In this document: in pieces, positions 12,472-22,654 of the stretch
How positions within the stretch are numbered: position 1 is the first letter of the stretch
Layout of the letters: each line of letters starts with the position of its first letter
Assembly (NCBI GenBank): GCA_051251915.1
Contig: JBPOGF010000010.1
Coordinates: 1-64,000 of the forward strand
Reading direction: 5' to 3'
DNA: 64,000 bases
From: Akkermansiaceae bacterium
GTDB taxonomy: Bacteria; Verrucomicrobiota; Verrucomicrobiia; Verrucomicrobiales; Akkermansiaceae
Program-made: the position numbers and the translations under genes
The notes under the pieces: model-generated
Told to the model about the DNA's origin: nothing
The model's input: only the letters and a program-made list of their open reading frames with translations
Databases searched by the model: none

Positions 12472-13377
12472 ATGAATAAACGCCTAATTACTTTCTGCAC
12501 AGTTGTTATCACATTGTTTCTTGTGAATGTAAAAACTAATGCTCAAGCAACAGTAAATGCGCCACTTAAAAACCAACTTGAAACTGTTTACATGCAATGG
12601 CGTACGGCAATGATCAAGAAAAATTACAATTTATGGGCGCAATTTACAGCGGGGCATCGACAACAACACATTAAAAATAGGATTGTTTCTGAGAGGAAAG
12701 CATTTCCGGCATGGGTGTTTGAGGTTCCTGTAAGTCCTCCGGGATTAGCTGGGTTAAAGGCACTCAGTGTATCGGCTAAAGGCGCGACAGCCACTGCAGT
12801 TTATTTTGGGCCAGTGGATTTTGGGGTGGGTGGTAATCCTCCTGAGAATATTCTGCTGTTGAATTTCATCAATGAGCGTGGGCTGTGGAAGTATGATAAG
12901 GCTGAATTCATTCGTCTCAATGAACTTCTTGATGTTCGCAAGCAGCTTAAGTCTGGTGATCTTAGTTATGTTAAGCAGAAAGATTTTTTGCCAACTGGTG
13001 TGATTCCGCAGACTCCAATAGCAGTGAGACCTGCAAAATACATTGCTAAGGTTTATGCTTTCTGCCCGGGTAGGGAAGTGAAGATGAAGGTTAATAAAGT
13101 CTCGGACCACCGATTCCAAAACACCAAGATGTCTGAGGTTGTTCTTGGTGGAGGGATTGATGGTTTAAATGAAGTTCAGTTTGCTACTAAGTCACTCGAA
13201 GGGAGCACAGGTAAGGAAGCGCTCTGCATTAGAGTTTATCTTATGTCTACTATCAAAGGAGTGGCGCCTCTTAAAGTGTATGAATATTTAGTGAAAGAGG
13301 ATGGTAAGGTGAAGCAATTTGGTAGTGCAAACTTTACGATTGATCAGGCGGTGGTGAACAAACTTAATGGTAAATAG
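12472..13377 (+). CDS. Secreted hypothetical protein
   Basis: Signal peptide MNKRLITFCTVVITLFLVNVKTNA; the longer ORF start overlaps the divergent gene. Confidence 0.7.
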   Translation: MNKRLITFCTVVITLFLVNVKTNAQATVNAPLKNQLETVYMQWRTAMIKKNYNLWAQFTAGHRQQHIKNRIVSERKAFPAWVFEVPVSPPGLAGLKALSVSAKGATATAVYFGPVDFGVGGNPPENILLLNFINERGLWKYDKAEFIRLNELLDVRKQLKSGDLSYVKQKDFLPTGVIPQTPIAVRPAKYIAKVYAFCPGREVKMKVNKVSDHRFQNTKMSEVVLGGGIDGLNEVQFATKSLEGSTGKEALCIRVYLMSTIKGVAPLKVYEYLVKEDGKVKQFGSANFTIDQAVVNKLNGK

Positions 13378-13613
13378 TCCTTGTTAAGACAGGTCTGAGA
13401 GAAGGCTAAAGAAGCAAGCTATCATCTAACAAGTGAGATGGGGAAAGTATGAATCTAACTCGTTGTGGTATTAATCAGCGTTGTTGACCTCTAGAGGTAA
13501 GTTTTCTAACTTATGAAAATTCAATGCTTTGCGGGCTTGATTATCAGCTTTGTAAAAAATAATGAGGATTTTATTTGAATTAACGAGCAAGGTCACTAGT
13601 ATAAAAATTATCT

Positions 13614-13937
13614 ATGAAAACCACGATCAAACTCTTCGCTATGGCTCTCTTCGCAGTTCTTTTCACATCATGCTGTAACTTCGGCAAGGTAGGAACAATT
13701 ACTGGAGAAAAGAAAATTCTAGTTAACGAATACACTGGTGCCAAAGGCGGCATGATAACTGTTGAGAAGACAGTTCCAGTGACTCACAATTGCTGTAAGT
13801 GCGGCTCATCATTCTGTCCTAAGCCACAGTGCTGTGGCATCGTCAACAGAAGTGTACTATCACGTGCTACTGGTCAGTCAGGAACAGGAGAGCCACCAAT
13901 CGGCCTCATTCCTACAATGAAGACACTCGCACCATAG
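13614..13937 (+). CDS. Small cysteine-rich lipoprotein
   Basis: Lipobox FTS-C(C); HNCCKCGSSFCPKPQCCG cluster; followed by its own terminator. Confidence 0.75.
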   Translation: MKTTIKLFAMALFAVLFTSCCNFGKVGTITGEKKILVNEYTGAKGGMITVEKTVPVTHNCCKCGSSFCPKPQCCGIVNRSVLSRATGQSGTGEPPIGLIPTMKTLAP

Positions 13938-14005
13938 AGTTACGCCAACTTAATAAGTTAATACTTTCATAAACACCATATAATAAACACACACACCTAC
14001 GAGAT

Positions 14006-14044
14006 AACGCTCACTTGGTTCAGCCGAGTGAGCGTTGTTTTTTT
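14006..14044 (+). terminator. Rho-independent terminator
   Basis: AACGCTCACTTGG / CCGAGTGAGCGTT stem followed by a T tract. Confidence 0.85.
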
Positions 14045-14164
14045 GTGGGGAAGTGGCTTTGTTAGACTCGGAGGGTGAGAAAAAAAGCATATAATTCTTG
14101 CTCAAAGTCACATTTTCTAAGAGAACAGAGTCATAAATCAACTTAACCTAACCATCAAAAATTT

Positions 14165-15490
14165 ATGTCAGTAAAAATAGAAATGCCGAAGCTCTCAGAC
14201 ACCATGACGGAAGGAACTCTTATCTCGTGGAGTGTCTCAGTGGGAGACGAAATTGAGATTGGTGATGTGATCGCAGAGATCGAGACCGACAAGGCATCGA
14301 TGGAGATGGAAGCCTTTGATGAAGGAATTCTCACAGAGATTCTGGTTGAAGCGGGAGAGAAGGTTCCAGTGGGAACTGCACTAGGTATACTAGCAGAAGA
14401 AGGCGATGATGATGCACCTGCTGCGCCCACTGAGTCAGCAGCAACCCCAGCGGCAGAGTCAGAGTCTGCAGCAACTTCAGAAGTAGCAGAAGATAAAGCT
14501 AAGCCTGCACCTGCGGCCGCAGCTCCTGCTACGAGCGCGGATGGAGGTCGTCTTAAAGTTTCGCCATTGGCTAGAAAGATAGCTGCTGAAAAAGGAGTGG
14601 ATGTTTCTACTATTCAGGGCACGGGTCCTGGAGGCAGAATCACTGCGGCTGATGTGGAGAATCCATCAGCAACTAAAGCGGCTGCGACTACTCCAGCAGC
14701 GTCTGCTCCTGCTGCAGCAACACCTGCGGCTGTTCCTGCCGTCAAAGCAGCTCCAGCAGCTAAGCCTGCGCCGGCAGCGATTAATCCAGTTGTAGCTGGT
14801 GAGGATAAAGTTATTCCGCTGAGTGGAATGAGAAAGATTATAGCTGAGCGTCTGTTAACGTCTAAGCAGACAATTCCACATTTCTATCTTCATGTAGAAG
14901 TTGATGCAGCGCCGCTGATGGAACTTAGAAAGCAAGTGAATGCTCAGGCTGAGCAGTCTCATGGGAATAAGTTTACGTTCAATGATTTCGTGGTGAAAGC
15001 CATGATTAATGCCTGTGCTAAAGTTCCTGAGGTAAATGCCTCATTCAATGGTGATAGTGTTGTTCAATTTGCAAATGTTGGAGTTTCTATTGCGATAGCC
15101 GTTGAAGACGGACTCGTGACACCTGTTGTCAAGAATGCGCAGAGCAAGTCACTTCTTGCGATTTCACAAGAGATCAAAGGGATGGCTGTTAGAGCGCGTG
15201 ACAAGAAGTTGATGCCGAATGAATTCGACGGTGGCACGATTACTATTTCTAACCTTGGTGCATGGGGAATCGATAGCTTTGATGCGATTGTAAATCCTCC
15301 TCAGGCGGCAATTATTAGTGTGGGTGGAATTATTGAGAAGGCTGTTGTTAAGAATGGCGAGATCGTTCCAGGTATGCGTATGAACATTGGCATGAGCTGT
15401 GACCACCGTGTGGTGGACGGAGCTGTGGCAGCGGGCTACATCAATGAAATTAAGAAACTTCTTGAGCAGCCATCACTCATGCTTATTTAA
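14165..15490 (+). CDS. pdhC: Pyruvate dehydrogenase E2 (dihydrolipoamide acetyltransferase)
   Basis: Lipoyl domain IETDKA, E3-binding SPLARKIA..GTGPGGRI, catalytic DHRVVDGA. Confidence 0.93.
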   Translation: MSVKIEMPKLSDTMTEGTLISWSVSVGDEIEIGDVIAEIETDKASMEMEAFDEGILTEILVEAGEKVPVGTALGILAEEGDDDAPAAPTESAATPAAESESAATSEVAEDKAKPAPAAAAPATSADGGRLKVSPLARKIAAEKGVDVSTIQGTGPGGRITAADVENPSATKAAATTPAASAPAAATPAAVPAVKAAPAAKPAPAAINPVVAGEDKVIPLSGMRKIIAERLLTSKQTIPHFYLHVEVDAAPLMELRKQVNAQAEQSHGNKFTFNDFVVKAMINACAKVPEVNASFNGDSVVQFANVGVSIAIAVEDGLVTPVVKNAQSKSLLAISQEIKGMAVRARDKKLMPNEFDGGTITISNLGAWGIDSFDAIVNPPQAAIISVGGIIEKAVVKNGEIVPGMRMNIGMSCDHRVVDGAVAAGYINEIKKLLEQPSLMLI

Positions 15491-15514
15491 TCGGGTTCTT
15501 AATAGAAGATTTTT

Positions 15515-15545
15515 AAAGTCCACTCAGAGATGAGTGGACTTTTTT
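15515..15545 (+). terminator. Rho-independent terminator after pdhC
   Basis: AAAGTCCACTCA-GAGA-TGAGTGGACTTT followed by a T tract. Confidence 0.88.
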
Positions 15546-15581
15546 AGGTTAGGGGAGGAGTTAGTTGGCAGTTACCAGTTA

Positions 15582-16298
15582 CTAGAGGTAAGTTTTTAGC
15601 CAGGTGTTTATTTCAGAGGCTAGTTCTTCCCAGTGTCCGGCGAATGAGTGATCTGTGCCATCGATAACGACGTGCTTTTTCTTGCCTTTGAGGTGATTGA
15701 AGAGGTGGACGCTGTCATCTGGTAGAACGACGTCATCTACTGAACCGTGGAGTAGGAGCCAAGGGAGGCGGAGGTCTTTTACGGCGGGGATGACGGTGTC
15801 GATTTGGCGGAGGTCATCCATGAATTTTTGTGATAGAGGGGTGGATTCGTCTTCCCACATGTAACCTTGATCTGGGGTTACGTCGCCAAACTCTGTTTCT
15901 GCGAAGACTTTGGTTCTTACCATGCCAGCTAGTGATATCATGACGCTGATGCGGTCGTCTTTTGCGGCTGTTAGAGCGCCAACTGCTCCGCCCATGCTGT
16001 AGCCGATATAGGCTACTTTCTTGGTGCCTTTGGCTTGGTCTAGGATAGCTACGAGGTCGTCACATTCTTTTGTGATGGTCGAGTCTGTGAATTTACCTTC
16101 GCTGTTGCCGCAGCCGCTGAAAGAGATACGGAGTGTGGGCCAGCCCATAGAGGAAAGCATTGTTGCTAATTGCACCATCATTTCTCGGTCCATGTCACCG
16201 GTTACGCCGTGTGCTAGGATGACGAGTTTATCGTTAACTCCGTCGATACCGTGCATGGCGTGGTCTAGTTTTTCGCCGTGTTTGTTTCTTATCTGCAT
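15582..16298 (-). CDS. Alpha/beta hydrolase
   Basis: HGVTG, GYSMGG nucleophile, LHGSVDDVV and DHSF motifs. Confidence 0.88.
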   Translation of the reverse strand: MQIRNKHGEKLDHAMHGIDGVNDKLVILAHGVTGDMDREMMVQLATMLSSMGWPTLRISFSGCGNSEGKFTDSTITKECDDLVAILDQAKGTKKVAYIGYSMGGAVGALTAAKDDRISVMISLAGMVRTKVFAETEFGDVTPDQGYMWEDESTPLSQKFMDDLRQIDTVIPAVKDLRLPWLLLHGSVDDVVLPDDSVHLFNHLKGKKKHVVIDGTDHSFAGHWEELASEINTWLKTYL

Positions 16299-16326
16299 GG
16301 ATGTATATTATGTGGAGGGGGCAGGA

Positions 16327-16983
16327 TCACAAGTTAGAAAAAGGGTCTGTTGGGTCTGGATTTAAGGTTTTGAGAAGCTTCATTTCTTTTGATCTTCTCC
16401 ATCCGAACCAGATACCGGCGGCCATTCCGCAGAGGTGACCTTCCCATGAGATGGCTTGTTGGTAGTCTGGGAGGACTCCCCAGATCATGCTGCCGTAGAA
16501 GAAGCCTACAGCGAGTCCGGTTATGATCCACTTTAGGTTACGCTCCATGAATGCTCTGATCATTACGTAGCCAAAGTATCCGTAGACTAGGCCACTAGCT
16601 CCGATGTGAACGCTACCGCTTCTGCCGATGAGCCAGGTACCGATGCCTCCTAATAGGATGATAGTGGCTGAGGCTAGGATGAAATTTTTCTTTTCAGCTC
16701 GTAGGACGACCCATCCGAGGATGAGAAACGGGAAGGTATTAGAGAGTAAGTGGGAGAAGTCACCGTGGAGGAAGGGCATGAGGGGGATGCCTATGAGTCC
16801 CCAGATGCTACGGGGATGGACTCCGAAGATGTCTAAATTTATTCCTGGGATCAGGTCTATGATTTCCAGCGCCCAGACAAATGCCACCATGGCTAGAAGG
16901 CCGCGTAGCTTGACTGGGATAAAACTGTACCACTTGTGCTTAGTGCGGGTGGTGTAGGGATTGGCTGATAGATTATCTGACAT
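16327..16983 (-). CDS. Rhomboid family intramembrane serine protease
   Basis: PFLHGDFSHLLSN, GASG and SWEGHLCG motifs; start taken at ATG 16983. Confidence 0.9.
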   Translation of the reverse strand: MSDNLSANPYTTRTKHKWYSFIPVKLRGLLAMVAFVWALEIIDLIPGINLDIFGVHPRSIWGLIGIPLMPFLHGDFSHLLSNTFPFLILGWVVLRAEKKNFILASATIILLGGIGTWLIGRSGSVHIGASGLVYGYFGYVMIRAFMERNLKWIITGLAVGFFYGSMIWGVLPDYQQAISWEGHLCGMAAGIWFGWRRSKEMKLLKTLNPDPTDPFSNL

Positions 16984-17034
16984 TGGCACAACTCTACTGC
17001 TAGTTTAGTGAAGTGCCAAATGATAAATATTTCG

Positions 17035-17667
17035 CTACTTGAATCTTTCTAGGGCTTGGTAGTTCTGGAATGCAAACATTGCCATGAAGATGCCTAGGAA
17101 TGGTTGTTTCATTGTAAAACCGAGGACACAAGAAGCTGCGGCTACTGCCATACTGATGGTGAGTGTTAGTTTGATCTTACGTGGCCCTAGAGCAGCCTCT
17201 AGCATTCTGCCGCCGTCTAGAGGGAGGACAGGAATGCAGTTTAGGATTGCCCACGCTAGGCTCACCCAGATAAGGAACCCAATGAACAATTGGATCATGT
17301 AGCTGGGGAGATTTAGATAGGGGGCAATGATATACAGTAGTAATCCAAAGGCTGCTTGGAGGGCTGGCCCGCCGAGTGTGACTAGAAAAGATTGCTTACG
17401 GTCTAGGACTCCCGCTGGGTGTGTGGCGTAGCCGCCGAATGAAGACAGCACAATTTGCGTAGGGAGTTTGTATTTCTTGACCATTAGGGCGTGTCCAAGC
17501 TCGTGGATGAGGATGGAGATGAAGCCAGCCATTACAAAAAGAGCGGTTCCCATCAACACAGCGTCACCTCCGAGACCTCTGGTGCTCATGAAGCCAATGA
17601 GGCCGAGGGTGATCCAGAATACTGGCTCCACTCTGATAGGGATTTTAAATAGTGTGAATTCTAACAT
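17035..17667 (-). CDS. Site-2 (M50) membrane metalloprotease
   Basis: HELGH, LGGP and NCIPVLPLDGG motifs. Confidence 0.9.
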   Translation of the reverse strand: MLEFTLFKIPIRVEPVFWITLGLIGFMSTRGLGGDAVLMGTALFVMAGFISILIHELGHALMVKKYKLPTQIVLSSFGGYATHPAGVLDRKQSFLVTLGGPALQAAFGLLLYIIAPYLNLPSYMIQLFIGFLIWVSLAWAILNCIPVLPLDGGRMLEAALGPRKIKLTLTISMAVAAASCVLGFTMKQPFLGIFMAMFAFQNYQALERFK

Positions 17668-17671
17668 AAAA

Positions 17672-19381
17672 TTATTTTTCTTCTAGGTTGGTGGCTGCGT
17701 GTAGCGTGTTCCAGGCACTGACGAGGGCATAGAGTCCAGCCATCTCGATGGAAGAGTCTATTCCGCAACCCCAGATTAAATTTGGGGTGTTGTCACACTG
17801 GAGCTGAATGTAGGCTGCTGAGTCTGAGTCAGATCCTCCAGTGATGGCGTGTGAGCGGTAGTCTGTGAGATTGAAGCTTTTGAGTCCGGCTTTATCAAGT
17901 GCGTGAGTGAGAGCATTGATAGGGCCGTTTCCTAGGCCTTTGATTTCTTTCTCTTCTCCGTTTACTTCGATGGTGGCGATGCAGGCTACTTCACCACGGG
18001 CTCCCGCTGAGTGGTCTAGCTCATAGTCGATGAGTTCCATCGGCGAGGTAGTATTTACGAATGATTTGTAAAATGCATCTTTGATTTCCTCAGGCTCTAG
18101 CTCACGTCCTAACTCGTCAGCAATTCCGTAGATTTTGGTGCCCACGATTGGGTGCATGGTTTTGGGTAAATGGAGTCCATACTCACGTTCGAGCACGTAA
18201 GCTACTCCTCCTTTACCGCTCTGAGAATTGATCCGGATGATGGCTTCGTAGCTGCGGCCGATGTCCATAGGGTCTATGGTGAGGTAGGGGATGCCAAATT
18301 TTGTGTTGGTATCTTGTTTGAGGTCGTTTGCCCTGCGGTCGATTCCTTTTTTGATGGCGTCTTGGTGAGAGCCTGAGAAGGCTGTGAAGACGAGTTCACC
18401 AGCGTAGGGTTGACGCTCAGGGACAACTAATTTGGTCACGCGCTCGTAGACGTATCTGATTTCAGAAAGGTTTGAGAAATCCAATCCGGTATCAATTCCG
18501 TGTGAGTTCATGTTTAACGCCACCGTTACGATGTCGAGGTTGCCTGTACGCTCACCGTTGCCGAACAAGGTGCCTTCGACGCGATCCGCTCCTGCTAGTA
18601 GTCCTAGTTCGGTGGCGGCGGTGCCGGTTCCGCGGTCGTTGTGGGTGTGCAGAGAAATGATCGCTTTGTTGCGGTCTTTGACGTTTTTACAGAAATACTC
18701 AATCTGGTCAGCGTGCACGTTTGGTGTCGCCCACTCTACCGTGGCTGGTAGGTTCAAGATGATTTTGTTTTCTTCTGTTGGCTGCCATATATCCATGACG
18801 GCTTCACAGACTTCGATGGCGTAGTCTGGCTCGGTGTCTGAGAATGACTCTGGGGAATACTGAAGCGTGAGCTTGGTATCTGGAAGTGTGGGAGTTAGTT
18901 CCTTGATGAGGGTGGCGCCGTCGATTGCGATTTGCTTGATTTTCTCCATTGAAGCATCAGAGAAAGTCACGCGTCTTTGGAGTGGTGAAGTGGAATTATA
19001 CAAGTGTACAATAGCGGACTTGGCGCCGTGAAGCGCGGCAAATGTCTTGCGGATCAAATGCTCGCGCGCTTGGACTAATACTTGGACGGTGACGTCATCA
19101 GGGATGCGTTTTTCCTCCACTAATTTGCGGAGGAAATTAAATTCCGTATCAGAGGCTGATGGGAAACCGACTTCGATTTGTTTGAATCCTATCCCTACGA
19201 GGAGGTCAAAATACTCAAGTTTCTCATCGATGTTCATTGGCACTGGCAGTGATTGATTGCCATCGCGTAGATCCACGCTTGCCCAGATGGGTGCGTGGGT
19301 GATCGTTTTGTCTGGCCATTGACGGTCAGGAAGTGAGACGCCTTTAAAGGCTTGGTATTTATGGATAGAATTTGGTTTCAT
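17672..19381 (-). CDS. leuA: 2-isopropylmalate synthase (LeuA type 2)
   Basis: DLRDGNQ, HTHNDRG, GNGERTGN, AFSGSHQDAI and INSQSGKGG motifs. Confidence 0.96.
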   Translation of the reverse strand: MKPNSIHKYQAFKGVSLPDRQWPDKTITHAPIWASVDLRDGNQSLPVPMNIDEKLEYFDLLVGIGFKQIEVGFPSASDTEFNFLRKLVEEKRIPDDVTVQVLVQAREHLIRKTFAALHGAKSAIVHLYNSTSPLQRRVTFSDASMEKIKQIAIDGATLIKELTPTLPDTKLTLQYSPESFSDTEPDYAIEVCEAVMDIWQPTEENKIILNLPATVEWATPNVHADQIEYFCKNVKDRNKAIISLHTHNDRGTGTAATELGLLAGADRVEGTLFGNGERTGNLDIVTVALNMNSHGIDTGLDFSNLSEIRYVYERVTKLVVPERQPYAGELVFTAFSGSHQDAIKKGIDRRANDLKQDTNTKFGIPYLTIDPMDIGRSYEAIIRINSQSGKGGVAYVLEREYGLHLPKTMHPIVGTKIYGIADELGRELEPEEIKDAFYKSFVNTTSPMELIDYELDHSAGARGEVACIATIEVNGEEKEIKGLGNGPINALTHALDKAGLKSFNLTDYRSHAITGGSDSDSAAYIQLQCDNTPNLIWGCGIDSSIEMAGLYALVSAWNTLHAATNLEEK

Positions 19382-19418
19382 CAGTTCTGATGTGTCGTTT
19401 TAAATGGTATTGTATGGA

Positions 19419-19916
19419 TTACAATGCTGCCATTGCTGCATCGTAATCTGGTTCGTTGGTGATCTCTGAGACAAGCTCTGAGTAGGTGACGTTGTGTGAT
19501 TCATCGAGCACGATGACCGCACGTGAAAGGAGGCCAGCGAGTGGGCCGTCCACGAGTTTCACGCCATAGGCATTAGCGAATGATTGGTCTCTGAAGTCTG
19601 AGGTGGTCACTGCATTTTTAATTCCTTCTGCTCCACAGAAGCGACCTAGAGCGAATGGGAGATCGAGTGAGACGAAGAGAAGAGCCACATCATCTTTGCC
19701 GTCTACTTTTTGGTTGAATGATTTGAGTTGCATTGCACAGACGCCGGTGTCGACGCTTGGGAATACGTTGATGACCACTTTTTTACCTGCGAAATCTGCG
19801 AGTGATACTGTGCTCAGATCTGTATTTACAACGGAGAAGTCAGGAGCTGCACTGCCGACAGCTGGAAGTGTACTGCTAGTATTAACTGGAGTGCCTTTGA
19901 ATGTAATTTGAGCCAT
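19419..19916 (-). CDS. tpx: Thiol peroxidase
   Basis: FPSVDTGVC, SLDLPFA..RFC and EPDY motifs; start taken at MAQITFKG. Confidence 0.95.
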   Translation of the reverse strand: MAQITFKGTPVNTSSTLPAVGSAAPDFSVVNTDLSTVSLADFAGKKVVINVFPSVDTGVCAMQLKSFNQKVDGKDDVALLFVSLDLPFALGRFCGAEGIKNAVTTSDFRDQSFANAYGVKLVDGPLAGLLSRAVIVLDESHNVTYSELVSEITNEPDYDAAMAAL

Positions 19917-20209
19917 AATGTTGGTTTCTATTTTGTTTGTTTGAGTTTCTAAAAAGCAGATTTGCTTGATGGGGGATAGTAGTAATAGAACTAGGCGGAA
20001 AACAACCTTAAAGCAAATTTTCGTTGTTGGTGAATGATGGAGGGGAGTTTGATAAGTGGTGATAACTGGGATAGTGTTAATTGAATTCATGGATTTCATG
20101 AATTTAAAACTATAAGGGTTGACGTGAAATATGGAAATTGATTTATTAGATTATCAGTAAAATGATTTCACGAAAAAAAACTAAAACTAAAACTAAAACT
20201 TAAATTATA

Positions 20210-20950
20210 ATGAAAATAAAAAAATACGCAGCACTGATGACGCTGACAGGTTTATCAGTCTCTAGTCAAGCAGCAATAATGGTAACGACATCTGCTATCG
20301 ATATTCTAGGAACAGCACCTACAGTAAGCAACACGGATCTTGCGCAGACGCAGTTCTCTAGTAGCTCTTCGACTGGTGGAGATGCTATGGCAACTCGGCA
20401 TGGTGAGATGTTTAATGGCACGATCGGAGTGGCTGGAGCGCAAAATACTGATAACACTGATTGGGTGAGAAATAATACTACTAACGAGATTACTCTCAAT
20501 TTAGATATATCGAGTAACACTTTGGGGTACGATATTACTGGAATAGATACGATTTTTGGCTGGTCTGAGGCTGGTGGAGGCAGAGCTGATCAAGGGTATA
20601 CTATCGAGCTAGGTTTTGTTGGTGGTGGTACAGCTACATTGGTTAATGCTGGATTCTGGGAACCAAATGCTGGAGGTGAATTTTGGACCGTGGTTTCATT
20701 TACAAATAATGGAGGAGGGGCTCTTAACAGTGATACAGTGAATTTAAACGGTGGAGGAGATGTTGCGGATGCCAATACAATAGCGACTGGTGTTCAGTCA
20801 ATCACTTGGAATATCACCAACTCTAATACTCCATCCATTGCAGCAGAATTCGATGTTTTTGGGGTAGCAACAGTTCCGGAGCCATCTTCAACTGCTTTAC
20901 TCGGTCTTGGAGGTCTGGGGCTTATTCTACGTAGACGTAGAATGTCATAA
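20210..20950 (+). CDS. PEP-CTERM surface protein
   Basis: Signal peptide; C-terminal VPEPSSTALLGLGGLGLILRRRR. Confidence 0.93.
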   Translation: MKIKKYAALMTLTGLSVSSQAAIMVTTSAIDILGTAPTVSNTDLAQTQFSSSSSTGGDAMATRHGEMFNGTIGVAGAQNTDNTDWVRNNTTNEITLNLDISSNTLGYDITGIDTIFGWSEAGGGRADQGYTIELGFVGGGTATLVNAGFWEPNAGGEFWTVVSFTNNGGGALNSDTVNLNGGGDVADANTIATGVQSITWNITNSNTPSIAAEFDVFGVATVPEPSSTALLGLGGLGLILRRRRMS

Positions 20951-20977
20951 GTTAGTAGAGCGAATTTTATAAAAATT

Positions 20978-21012
20978 AACCCCGTTAGCCATTATGGTTA
21001 ACGGGGTTTTTT
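20978..21012. terminator. Terminator between convergent PEP-CTERM gene and phoU
   Basis: AACCCCGTTAGCCA / TGGTTAACGGGGTT stem followed by a T tract. Confidence 0.85.
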
Positions 21013-21077
21013 CTAATCTAAAGCTGGGCTTCGGATGGTTTTTTAGCTGTGATGAACAGATGTTTATATACGTCTAA

Positions 21078-21767
21078 TCACTCGTCTTCTTCGAGTTCTC
21101 CGCCGTGGCGGATGTCTTGGGCTGACTCCATGAAGATGACGTCTTCGGCGATGTTGGTGGAGAGGTCTCCGATGCGCTCGATCCAGCGGGTGATGAAGAC
21201 GAGGTTAAGGAAGGTTTTGTAGCTGTCGCATGGCTCTTCTAGCTTCTTGGTGAATGCTTTGGTTGCCGCTTTGTGGAATTTATTGAGATCATCGTCCATG
21301 CCTAGGACATTGAGCGCTTTATCTGTGCTGCCTTCGTTGTAGCTCTGGATGGCGGTGTTGAGCATGAGGAGTGCTTGTTTGTAAGCAGGCTCTATGAATG
21401 CTGTTTCTTCCACGTCTTCGTGCTTAATGATCTTGCGGGCGCGTTTTGCGATGCTGACGGCGTGGTCAGAAATACGCTCAAGGTTGTGAGTGATCTTCAT
21501 GGATGCGACTACGAGACGAAGGTCAGAAGCAAAGGGACGGAATTTAGCCATCACTTGGAGACTTTCGTTGTCGATCTGCATTTCGAGCTGATCTACTTCT
21601 TCATCATCAGCGATGACCTGGTTACAAATTGCTTGTTCGCGTTTGCGGAGTCCTGTGAAGGCATTCTCGACATTGCTCTTGGCGAGCATTCCAATGGCGA
21701 GAGTATTTTTTTTCAATGAGCTAAGAGCGTCATCGAATTCAGTTAGGATGTGTACTGGAGTGTGCAT
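21078..21767 (-). CDS. phoU: Phosphate signalling protein PhoU
   Basis: P.ASDLR, LERISDHA and ERIGD..TNIAE motifs; follows pstB. Confidence 0.93.
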   Translation of the reverse strand: MHTPVHILTEFDDALSSLKKNTLAIGMLAKSNVENAFTGLRKREQAICNQVIADDEEVDQLEMQIDNESLQVMAKFRPFASDLRLVVASMKITHNLERISDHAVSIAKRARKIIKHEDVEETAFIEPAYKQALLMLNTAIQSYNEGSTDKALNVLGMDDDLNKFHKAATKAFTKKLEEPCDSYKTFLNLVFITRWIERIGDLSTNIAEDVIFMESAQDIRHGGELEEDE

Positions 21768-21844
21768 GGTTGGTTTCAGTTTAAAGATTAGATTTTTAAG
21801 TGGCGTTAGGTTTGTTAGGCTTATTAGGTTCAAGGTGAGGCATT

Positions 21845-22600
21845 CTATCCAAAGCGGCCAGAGATGTAATCTTCGGTGCGTTTTTGGGTTGGGTTTTGGA
21901 AAATGGTGTCGGTGTTATCGTATTCGATGAGTTCACCGAGGTAGAAGAATGCGGTTTTGTCTGAGATACGAGATGCTTGTTGCATGGAGTGAGTGACGAT
22001 GACGATGGTGTAGTCTTGTCTGAGCTCGGTGATGAGTTCCTCGACCTTGGCGGTAGCGATGGGATCTAGTGCTGAGCATGGCTCATCCATGAGGATGATT
22101 TTAGGTTGCACTGCTATGGTGCGTGCGATGCAGAGGCGCTGCTGCTGACCACCGGATAGGCCGAGGGCTGAGTCCTTGAGGCGGTCTTTTACTTCGTCCC
22201 AGAGTGCTGATCCTCGGAGGGATCTTTCGACAGCTTCATCGAGTTTAGATTTATTTTTGACGCCTTGGATGCGGAGTCCATAGGCAACGTTATCGTAGAT
22301 GGATTTTGGGAATGGATTGTATTTCTGGAATACCATACCGATGTGTTTACGGACCTCGATGGCGTCTACGTCTTTGGCATTGATGTTCTGGTCCATGATG
22401 CGGATTTCTCCGGTGGTGACGCGTGAGGTTTCTACTAGATCGTTCATGCGGTTGAGGCAGCGGAGGAGGGTGGATTTACCACAGCCTGATGGCCCGATGA
22501 ATGAGGTTACTTTTTTCTCCTCGATGTCTAGGGAGATGTTGCGGAGGACGTTGGTTTTTCCAAGGTCGTATGAGAATGAGACGTTGTCTATTTGAATCAT
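21845..22600 (-). CDS. pstB: Phosphate ABC transporter ATPase
   Basis: [31 protein letters not shown] and [10 protein letters not shown] motifs. Confidence 0.97.
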   Translation of the reverse strand: MIQIDNVSFSYDLGKTNVLRNISLDIEEKKVTSFIGPSGCGKSTLLRCLNRMNDLVETSRVTTGEIRIMDQNINAKDVDAIEVRKHIGMVFQKYNPFPKSIYDNVAYGLRIQGVKNKSKLDEAVERSLRGSALWDEVKDRLKDSALGLSGGQQQRLCIARTIAVQPKIILMDEPCSALDPIATAKVEELITELRQDYTIVIVTHSMQQASRISDKTAFFYLGELIEYDNTDTIFQNPTQKRTEDYISGRFG

Positions 22601-22654
22601 GGTCTTAGTTAATTTAAATTGTTAGAGGTTGTTAGATGCGATTATTTTGAGTGA

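Noticed and set aside
14410..14790. Ala/Pro-rich low-complexity repeats in pdhC
   Set aside because: These are the normal flexible linkers of E2 subunits.
19977..20000. Leu-rich stretch (CTA-rich FRLVLLLL) upstream of tpx-leuA as a leucine attenuator
   Set aside because: It is in frame with tpx with no separate leader stop or terminator hairpin, is one gene away from leuA, and is better explained as a -10 region (TACTAT).
20172..20200. (CTAAAA)x3 run upstream of the PEP-CTERM gene as a phase-variable repeat
   Set aside because: Only three copies within an A-rich leader; insufficient evidence.
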